Below, piece by piece: positions 5,941 to 16,700 of a DNA stretch of 56,125 bases. A program made the position numbers and the translations under genes. The first letter of the stretch is position 1, and each line of letters opens with the position of its first letter. This stretch comes from a virus (lineage: Duplodnaviria > Caudoviricetes), in IMG/VR virus record IMGVR_UViG_3300020463_000027, positions 1 to 56,125 of that record. One strand, given 5' to 3'. The notes under the pieces are model-generated. The model searched no databases, was not told the DNA's origin, and saw nothing but the letters and a program-made list of their open reading frames with translations.

Positions 5941-7736
5941 TGCCTTATACACAGGTTTCAAATTTAGACTTTAATCAAATCAAGACTTCTCTCAAAGAGT
6001 ATATGAGAGCTCAGTCAGATTTTACTGATTACGATTTTGAAGGGTCTACTCTTTCTGTACTTCTTGACACACTTGCCTATAATACTTACTACACAGCATT
6101 TAATACCAATATGGTAGTCAATGAGTTATTCATTGATTCAGCAACATTAAGAGACAACGTAGTAGCATTAGCAAAGCAATTAGGATATAGACCAAAGAGT
6201 GCAACATCACCTACAGCATATGTTTCATTTACTGTTACGTATACTAATGCAACAAATGATACAGAATTATTATTAAAGAAGGGAACTGGATTTACAGCAA
6301 CGTATGATAACAACATTTACAATTATGTTGTATTAGATGATGTAAAAGCACAAGTAGCAAATGGTGTTGCAACCTTTACAGATGTTGCTGTAAATGAAGG
6401 AACACAACTTACTAATACTTTTGTTATAAATTCAGCAAGCAAATCACAAAGATTTATTCTTGATAATCAAAACATAGACACTAATACAATTAGAGTTAAA
6501 GTATATCCTACTGGTGGATCGTTTAGTGAACCATATCTAATTGCAGATAACATACTAGGAGTTGATGGTACATCAAAAGTATTCTTCTTAGATGAAGTAG
6601 AAGACGAGAGATATGAGATATTAATGGGTGATGGTGTACTCGGTAAAAAATTAGAGAACAATGCAAGGATAGAAGTATCCTATTTGATAACATCAGGTCC
6701 TGAAAGTAATGGTGTAAGAACATTTGTATTTTCTGGTGTACTAGAGAATCCTAATAACATATCACCCACTTCTTTCTCAGTTACAATTAACTCTACTGTT
6801 GCAGCATCGGGCGGTGAAGAGATAGAAAGCACTGCTAAGATAAAATACACTGCTCCAAAAGCATATGGCACACAGGAGCGTGCAGTAACCTCAGAAGACT
6901 ATGAAGCAATTGTAAGAAAAGTATATCCAGCAACAAGTGACATTATCATATTTGGTGGAGAGGATCAAGTACCACCACAATATGGAAAAGTATTCATCGT
7001 ATTAAAACCAACTGATGCAAGTTACCTTACATCATTAACAAAAAACAAAATTGTCGCAGATCTTAAGAAATATGTTGTTGCATCTGTAGAACCACAGATT
7101 GTAGATCCTTCTATTCTATACGTTGAGATGAATAGTAAGATATACTACAACAGTCTAATTACAGATCAAACACCATCACAAATTAGAGATGATGTTATTG
7201 GTTCTATACAGTCTTATATTGATACAAGTGATACTGAAAAATTTAATGGTAAGTTTAGATATAGTAAGTTTGTAGGTGTAATTGATGATGCTGACAAGAG
7301 TATCAATTCTAATCTCACGAGTCTCACAATGAGAAAAGATTTTTATCCTTCTCTTAATTCTACCTTCTATTATGAGGTATGTTTTCAAAATGCCTTTGAT
7401 GAAGACTGTGATGATCCAGTCTTGTCATCTACTGGTTTTAGAGTAACTGAGTATCCTAATTTTGATGTCTATGTTGAGGACAGAAATAAGAAAATTGTCC
7501 TATATAGAGTAGATACCGTAACTGGTGAGAAGGTTGTTCTTGACAGTGATATTGGTGACATAGATTATGTAACAGGTGAGTTGAAGATGTATGCCTTAAC
7601 AATTATTAAAGGTAGTTTCTTTGACAATCGTATTTCATTAAGAGTAAAACCCCTATCAAACGATATCAAGGCAATGCGTGAAGTTTATCTTGATGTTGAT
7701 GTTGCAAATTCATCATTCACTGCGTATAAAGAGTAA
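5940..7736 (+). CDS. gp6: Baseplate wedge subunit gp6
   Basis: LDFNQIKTSLK...FTDYDFEGS, LAYNTYY, FIDSATLR..VV.LAKQLGY.PKS, QERAVT..DY, YGKVFI. Confidence 0.93.
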   Translation: MPYTQVSNLDFNQIKTSLKEYMRAQSDFTDYDFEGSTLSVLLDTLAYNTYYTAFNTNMVVNELFIDSATLRDNVVALAKQLGYRPKSATSPTAYVSFTVTYTNATNDTELLLKKGTGFTATYDNNIYNYVVLDDVKAQVANGVATFTDVAVNEGTQLTNTFVINSASKSQRFILDNQNIDTNTIRVKVYPTGGSFSEPYLIADNILGVDGTSKVFFLDEVEDERYEILMGDGVLGKKLENNARIEVSYLITSGPESNGVRTFVFSGVLENPNNISPTSFSVTINSTVAASGGEEIESTAKIKYTAPKAYGTQERAVTSEDYEAIVRKVYPATSDIIIFGGEDQVPPQYGKVFIVLKPTDASYLTSLTKNKIVADLKKYVVASVEPQIVDPSILYVEMNSKIYYNSLITDQTPSQIRDDVIGSIQSYIDTSDTEKFNGKFRYSKFVGVIDDADKSINSNLTSLTMRKDFYPSLNSTFYYEVCFQNAFDEDCDDPVLSSTGFRVTEYPNFDVYVEDRNKKIVLYRVDTVTGEKVVLDSDIGDIDYVTGELKMYALTIIKGSFFDNRISLRVKPLSNDIKAMREVYLDVDVANSSFTAYKE

Positions 7737-7739
7737 GAA

Positions 7740-10700
7740 ATGCCATCTGTAAAAACAAAAAGGATATCAACTCTAATTGAGTCACAACTTCCTGAGTTTA
7801 TTACTTCAGAGTATGAACTTTTCAGTAAGTTTATTCAGAAGTATTATGAACAACAGGAGGTACAAGGTGGTACATTAGATATTATTACTAATATTGAAAA
7901 ATATGCTGACATTGATTACTATGAACAAAACATACTTAGACAGTTTGATACTCTGGGCACTAGTATCTCTACTTCTGACGATACAATTGTATTGGAAGAT
8001 GCAACGAGTTTTCCAGAGAAAAACGGATACGTAAGAATAGATAACGAGATAATCTTCTATGAATCACGAACAGGAACAACTCTATCAGGAGCAATTAGAG
8101 GTGTTAGCGGTAACACAACTCTTGGTGATCTTTATAGCTCGTCAGAGTACACCAGCACAAATGCAGCATCACATAGCTCTGGTACGAAGGTTTTTAATGT
8201 AAGTAACCTTTTTCTATATTCTTTTATTAAAAGTTTTGAGAATCAATACTTAGGTTCTTTTCCTGAGAAATATCTTAAGGGTGAAGTTGATAAGAGAACC
8301 TTAATCAAGAATATACAAAAATTTTATAAAGCAAAAGGAACTAGTAGTTCTATTGAGTTTATATTTAATACTATTGTTGCTAAAGATCATACTAATAAAC
8401 CAGAAGTATATAAACCAAGAGATTTTACATATAAAGTATCTAATGCAGATTGGGTAAATGTATATGCAATAAAAGCAAAAGTTGTATCTGGTGATGTTAA
8501 GAGTTTAGTTGGAAAGAAGATAGTACAGACAGAGACTGAAGAATATGGATATGCAGATGCAACGGTAGATAACGTCTATGCCGATGGTACATCTGATGGT
8601 GAGCAAATTTATAATATTGTATTAGCACCAGAAACAGTCAATGGTGACTTTGGTGTCTCAACTAAGACTCGTCTTGAGACAACATTGACAGGAACTGCAA
8701 GTACAGGTGATAGGGTAAATGTTTTCTCTACAATAGGATGGGACAAAACAGGATCAATATTAATTGGAAGTGAGACAATTACATTTAGTTCTAAGACTGC
8801 TACTCAATTTATTATTGATAATAGAGTTGCTCAAAACGCAGTCATACACAGTGTTGAGGAGTCTGTATACAAACCTGTAACATTGGTAGGTAGTGGTGTC
8901 ACATTATTGACACTTGGAGTTGTATATAATGCACTACCAAAAGAAGGACAACCATTTTCTGATGTTGGTGATAAAATACAAATATCAAATCCTGGTTTTG
9001 AAACAGATGATTCTAAGATTGTAAATATAGGCACGAATCAGACTCGTTGGATTAAGAGTACATTTGGTGCTGTAAATGTTCCTACATTACCATCAGTTGT
9101 AACTTCATTAGATCAAGTTCCTACAGATGTATCTGGTATATTTGCAGATGATCAATATTATTACATTGCTAGCTCTAGTTTTCCATCACATAAGATTCTT
9201 GATGGAACTGCAGTTAATGAGGAAGTATTAGATCAAAAGTTATTAAAAATTATTAGAAAGGAAGCAACCAGAACTACAGAAACATATCCTATACCTAAAA
9301 CAGATATTGGTATTGGATTAAATGGTGTTCCCTTTTATTCTTACAAAGATCCAGAAAGTATTAGATTTGGTTTGTTGGAAGAAATTAGAGTTGATTTAAG
9401 AGGAACTGGATACATCAACCCTCCTTTTGTTCTAATTGATCAAGTTCCTAATAAAGCAAGAGCAGTTCTTGCAGGACAAGTTATAGAAAGTATAATCGTA
9501 GATACCACTGATATATTTCCTAGAACTCCTGATATTACAATTACATCAGGTCGTAATGCAGTTGTCAGTGCTGTTGTAACTGGTGGTAAGGTAACAAGTT
9601 TAACAATTGATAATCCTGGTGAATTTTATTCATCACCTCCACTCATTAATATTAGAGACAATGCTGGTAGAGGTAGGTTTGCTGAGTATGAATCAATAGT
9701 AAACACTGATGGACAGATAACAGGATTTAATAAGATAGGAGAAGGTAACTTCTATAATCAGAATACTGTAATAGTTGATGTGATTCCAATAGGTAATGGA
9801 GCAACTGGCACACCTCTTCTAAAAGAATGGAATTATAATAGATACAAAAAATTAGAAAGTAATTTAGATACAGAGAACGGATGTGTATTTGCAAACTATA
9901 ATAACGTCTTGGAATATGGTTATGGTTATGCTGCTAATCCAAAAGCACTTCGTGTTTCTCTAAATGATAATTTAAGTAATTCTGGAACAGAACCAGCATC
10001 TAAAACTCATTCTCCCATTATTGGATTCGCATATGATGGTAACCCCATATATGGTGCATTTGGATATCAAAATCCTCTAGATGTATCTTCTTCTATTATA
10101 AGAATGACGTCTAGTTACTCTATTAATGGAAGTCGTTCAAATGGTCCTTCGTTAACAACATACCCGATAGGATCTTTTGTTAATGATTACACATACACTC
10201 ACAAAAGTGGCACACTAGATCAGAACAATGGAAGATTTTGTATTACCCCAGAATTTCCGAAAGGAACTTATGCTTATTTCATTACTATTGATAGCAATCA
10301 AGTACCGCAGTACCCATACATTTTAGGAGAGAACTTCTACTCCTTGCCTGTTGATAGTAATTATAATTCTAATATTAGTCAGGATGATATTCCTAAGAAA
10401 TCAAAGAGACTTTATGAAGCAGGGATGCCTAGAAATGGAGAAGGGTTTACAGCAACAATATCTGACGTAAAACCAGGTACAGTTGATGCTATTAATGTGA
10501 TAGATACTTCCCCTAATTTTTCTATAAATTCTCAAATATATCTAAACAATAAAGGAACAGAAGGATCTGAGGCAGAAGCAATTGTTTCTTCTGTAAAAGG
10601 TAAGAGTGTAAATTACTTAGAATCAAAACAAACTAAAGTTGTTAAGTTAACAACAATACAATCTGCATATTTGTTTGCAGATGATACATTATCACAACCA

Positions 10701-13700
10701 TCATCTGGTGCATCTGGTACAATTGTTGGTACTGTTAGAAACGATAGTACAATTGTATTGAGAAATGTAAGTGGCACATTTGATAATACTGGAACATTTA
10801 GTGCTGCAATAAAAACATTTGATGTTTTACTAGACCAAAGAAGTTCTTATACTAAAGGTGCTACATTAAGTTTGACTGATGGTATCAATACACCTATTGC
10901 TACTGCTGAAGTATTAGAAGGAACATCCTCTCAAAACGTAGTCCAGATCAAGGTTCTCACTGGTACATGGGTTGTTGATGATACTTATTTTATACAATCT
11001 AATGATCTATTCAACACATCTGGAACTAGAATTGTAAGATTGACATCTTTGAGCGATGGTCTAGAACCATTTGAAGTTAATCAAAGTGTTGCTTTAATAG
11101 AGACTGCAGAAAATCATGGTCTTGGTATTGGCGATAAAATTACAATAGATATTAATCCTGATGATAGTACAACAACTAAAACTTATTATCTAAGAAAGAG
11201 ATTATATCAGGAAGCAATATTACTTGCTCCGTCAAGAAAAACAAATATTGATTTTACAGGAGTAGGAAGATATGAAATCCTCAATGGTGGTGCTGATTAC
11301 ACTAGCAACACTTACACTGGTGTTTCTCTTACAGGAGGATCTGGAAGTGGAGCAACTGCTACAATTGCTGTGTCTGGTGCTGGTGTAGTATCAAATGTTA
11401 CATTAGAGAATACTGGTGCTGGATATGCTAGAGGTGATTTATTATCAGTTGCTGACGAAGATCTAGTAAGGTCTGGTGCATCACAGTCTACATCAAGATT
11501 AACAATCTATGTTGGACATTCTGGTCTTGCTGCTGGTGGCACTAGTCTAGTTGTAGACAATGCAAATGGATTTGCTGAACAAGATTATGTGAAGATAGGA
11601 GATGAGATATTACAAATAACTTCTATTACTGATAGCACCTTTACTGTTATTAGAGGTCAACAGTCTACTTCAGATGTAGATCACTTTGATGGACAAGAAG
11701 TATCTTTATATCAAGCTAGATATAATTTTACATCTAACTTCCAAATTTTTTCTGGTGCAAATTCTGGTTATATTCAATCTTATGATTCTACAACACAAAA
11801 AATAGTAATAGTATATGACTATGGAACTTTATTATCAAATGCACAACAAGTAACTTTAAGTTCTAGTTTCTTTGACACTAGCACACCACAAAGACTAGTT
11901 GCTGTTAGTTCTGTTAGTTCTTCAATTAATAAGTTTGAATTCTCCGAAGATAATAGTACATTTGTACCTAATCCTAATATAGATCTACAAGAATTTTATA
12001 AGTATAAATTTGATACGTCTCATTCTAGTCTCACTGGGACTTACTTTGATATTAGTCCAAGTAATAATTTTAATCTAGTAACAATAGAAAAAACTGCATC
12101 TACAATATTACCTGGTAATGCAGGAGCATTTACAGATGTTAAGTTTGGATATGGTTATAGAGCTGGTAATACATATGAAACAAAAACAGGTACTGACTTT
12201 ACAAACTTCTATTACTTTGATAATAAAAATATTGTAAATGCTGGTAATGCGTATTTTAAAATTATAACAGATCCATTACAGTCAATAAGGACAGTAAATT
12301 ATGTTACACCAAATCGCTTTGTCTATGACATTCCAAGTGAACCTCTTTGGGATGGTTCTGGATCTATTTCTTACACAACTACTGGACAGTTTGCTATTGG
12401 AAAAATAAACACCGCAGATATTATTAACTTAGGAATAAATTATAAAAAAGTTCCTATAATTGTTGGTGCTGATCCTAACGAATCTTTTAGAGCAAGTGCT
12501 ACTGTATTATTTGATTCAGCAGCTGGTATTATAACTGGTGTAAACATTACAAATGAAGGATCTAACTATTCAAATCCTAAAGTTGTAATTACAAATGGTG
12601 ATGGTGTAGATGCAAGTTTTAATATTGTTGGAAGAGAGGGAAAAGTATTTTCTATTACTATAGAAAATGAAGGAAGAGGATACACATTTGCACCTGAGAT
12701 AATTATTGTAGAAGGTGACGTAGATGCATATGTTGATAGTGATAGTATTGGTGTTCCTAAGAGTATCAATATTATTAGAAATGGTGGAGCATTTCATTTA
12801 GATAAGACAGTAGCATCAACATTCACATCAAATTATGTTTTAAGTGTAAAACCAGTTAGTGGTTCTCTACCAACTTTTAGAAGAGGAGAAATAGTAGTAC
12901 AGAAAATTAATGACGTAGAGGTTGCTAGAGCAAGAGTATCAGAATGGAGAGATGGATCAAATCTTTTGAAAGTAGAAAATATAACTGGTATTCTTAGAGA
13001 AAATGTTTCTATAACAAGTATAATAAGAAGTGAAGTAACTGCTACTGTTACTCATATATTTGTAACTGTTTTTGATGAACAAATTTCTAGTTTCTATGAT
13101 AACTTAGGATTCTACCAATCAGATAAAGGGAAACTTGGCGTATCTAATCAAAAAATTACAGATAGTTTTTTCTATCAAGATTATTCATACGTTGTAAAAT
13201 CTAAAACATCTATTGAGCAATGGCGTGACTTAATTAAGTCTACAACACACCCTGCAGGATTTAAGTTATTTGGACAAGTAGATGTGGAAGCTACTGCAAG
13301 TTCTGAGATGCCAGTTGAAGTTCCAGAAGCATCTCACTTCAGTGTAATACAACTTTGGGATCCAAATAAAAATAGAATTACAGTTGAGAACTCTACTTAT
13401 GTTATTACTCAATCAGTACAGAAAGTTGAGAACCAAAGAATTCGTAAAGCATTTGGAACTGCTGCAACAAGTGAATTTAACTTCAATGAAGTTACTGCAT
13501 TTGAATTTACACTAAATGGATCTTTTGATGGTTATTATGATAATGATGGTAAGTTACAAGGAACTACATCATTCCAGATTTTAAAAGATGGAGTTGCATA
13601 TACACCAGCTTCTTCTAAAGGTTTGATAGTTACATTAGATGGTGTACTACAAGAACCTGATGTTGCATATACAATTTCTGGTGATTCAATTATATTCTCT

Positions 13701-16700
13701 GCTCCACCATTAGGAGATGGAACTAAAGCTGGTTCTTCTTACAAAGGTGTTAAGTTCTATGCAAAAGTATTTCAGTTTAAAGATGATCAATACAACACTA
13801 AACATCTAAGAAAAGTAAGAAACATATTCCAACGTGGTGGAACATGGATTGATGCTGCGAATCAAATAGAAAGAAATGTACAGTTTATTATTAACGAAAC
13901 TGTTGGATATGGTAAAGCAACATACTCATCATTAGATTGGAGTACAAAACAGGATGACTACGAATCAAATATTAGAGCATTATTAGATGCTTTCCAACAT
14001 GATCTTAGATTTGGTGGAAATGTAAAAACATTTGATTATACATCTATATTCAATTCAAGTAGTGACTACCTATACATTCAAAATAATAAAACAGAGTCTA
14101 TTGCTATATTTGAATATGCTAATAGATTAGCAAAATTAGCAATTAGAAATTGGGACTTTATTGATGTTGGAATTGCATATATTCAAGGACAGAAAGCAGT
14201 TACAGTTACAAGCACTAAGAATCTTGCTATTGGATTGTTTGTAAGTTCTGGTAAAGCATTCCCAGATGAAACTAAGATTGTATCTATTGACAGTGAGACT
14301 CAAGTAACACTAAACAATGCAGCACTAGCAAACTCTGGTGGTGGTGGTGGTGCACCAGCTGGTGTCACTCCTATAACTGGTACTGCTGCTGGTGGATCAT
14401 CTACAAACGCAACTAATACTGCTGCTGTTGCACCTGGCAATACATTTGATGTACCACCAGGTTCTACATTTATTGTACCTACATCATTCTCAGGAACTGA
14501 CCAAGCAAAATTTGGTTGGAGTGCATTAAACAATGGTATGTTCTATAAAGCAGGAGAGTTGATAGAGAAGAATACAACAGAAATTATTCAATTAGCATTG
14601 AATGCAACTCAAACTCAGTATCCAAACTTAGGTTGGGGTGGAGGTCCTGGCGTAGCACCATATTATCCTCTTCAAATGAGACCATTAGTAGAGGCATATG
14701 TTTATCATCTTAAGTTAGGTGGTAACTCTAAGATTGTAGATAATGCACAATTATATTACAGAGATTATGATTATCCTTATGGAGAGACATTATATTATGA
14801 TGCATCAACTTTAGGTTTACAGGGTAAAGGTATTACTGGAACTGTAGAATCAACACTTTACATAATGAATCAGGTCAAAATTGCTTGTATACAGGCAATG
14901 AGAAATCAGTTAAGTGTTACAGATCCTAATGTATTAGTTGACTCAAATTCTCCCACATGTGCAGAAGTAGAAAGTACACTTGAAACTTATCACAGTATTA
15001 ATGTTACTATTCTTGAAGAAGGTAGAAACTTAGTTGAGAAAACTGAGCAGAATAACAATAAAGTTGGTAACTGGACTAATTCTCGTACATATTCTAACTA
15101 TAATATTCTTGGAGATCCTTTAATTCCTGCACAGGAATGCACTACTGTAATTTCTGCAATGGATTCTTTACATGATAATTTAAGTGAGATAATAAATGAG
15201 AATTCAGTAACTAAATCTTTACCAGATTATATTGATGGTGAGACCACAGATTTTGAATTGTATTGGGATGATAATACTGAAGTAAATACAGAAGCAGATG
15301 AGAATCTATTCTTGAGTCTTAATGCTGTAATACAGAGACCTAAGTTTACAGAAAATTATCCATTATCAGATGCTTATTTCATAGACAGGACTGTAATTCC
15401 TAATGTTATCAAGTTTGATGTTCCTCCTATATGGGATCAAGACTTAGGTGCTAAGACTATTGGTGAACCAACTGCTGTAGAAAAAGTAACTGGTATAGGT
15501 GTTGGTAATTATAAGAGATTGACTATTGATAAAGACTTAGTTGACGGAGTTAGAAACGGACCTTTCTTAATTCTTGATGTAGAAGATCTTACTGTACAAA
15601 GTATAGAATCTGAAGACAATCTATATGTATTTTTAGATGGTGTATTACAGGTAAACGGAAAATCATATACTGTATCAGGTCCTAACATTACATTTTCTAC
15701 ATCTATCAAACCAGAGATGCAGATTGATATGAGATATCTCTATGGTAGAGATGTTGGACAGATATTGAACATATATGATTTTGCACCTGATACTTATTAT
15801 GCGACTGGTACATTCTCATTTGATACAGATGCGACAACCAAGACAAATCTATTGGGATACACTTGGATGGGAGATGCTCTTGGTGCACCTATTCATTTAT
15901 GGCAAGTCAGAGCAAATGGAACTTACAATGTTATTGGAGCATTGAGTAATGCATCATCAAGTGGTAACACAGTAACATTTGAAATTAGAGGTCAAAATGG
16001 ATCTGTAGAATCTGGATTAGATTTAGTATTTGCTCCTAAAGGTTATTATGATAGAACATTCACAATTCCAGATGCAGATATATCAAATGAGATATTGAAC
16101 TATAATGTAGATACTGATGGAAGAAAACTTCTAAAAGACGATAATGCTATCTGGGCAGGAACTAGCATTGGTAGGACATACAAACCACCATTTGTTTATC
16201 TTTCTAAAGACGATAAGATTAGAGTAGAAGGTGAAGAAGGATTTAGAAAAGTAAAAGAATTACCACAAACAGCAACCAGTAAAGATGGTAGACCATCAGA
16301 ACAGTTATCAGATGATATATTTGGTGCAGTCTCAATTGAGACTTATACTGGAATCACGAGAGGAGAAGGTCTATCAGTAGTTGCTACTGTTGAGAATGGT
16401 TCAGTTACAAAACTAACATGGAACCAAAGAAATTATGATCCTGTTACACAACCAACTGCATATCAATATTTTACACCTCCAGTATTAAAATTTATACCTA
16501 ATGATAGTACAGGTGGTGGTGCTAGAGCAAATGTACTAGTCAGCAAAGGTCAAGTAATAAGTGTTGATTTGATTGATGGTGGATCTGGATATACAGTTGC
16601 ACCAAAGGTAGTTACAACAAGAAGATTTGATATTCTTACTGAAAGAGATATTGGTGTATCCTTAATCAATATCGGATTCCAGACAAATATTACAACTGGT

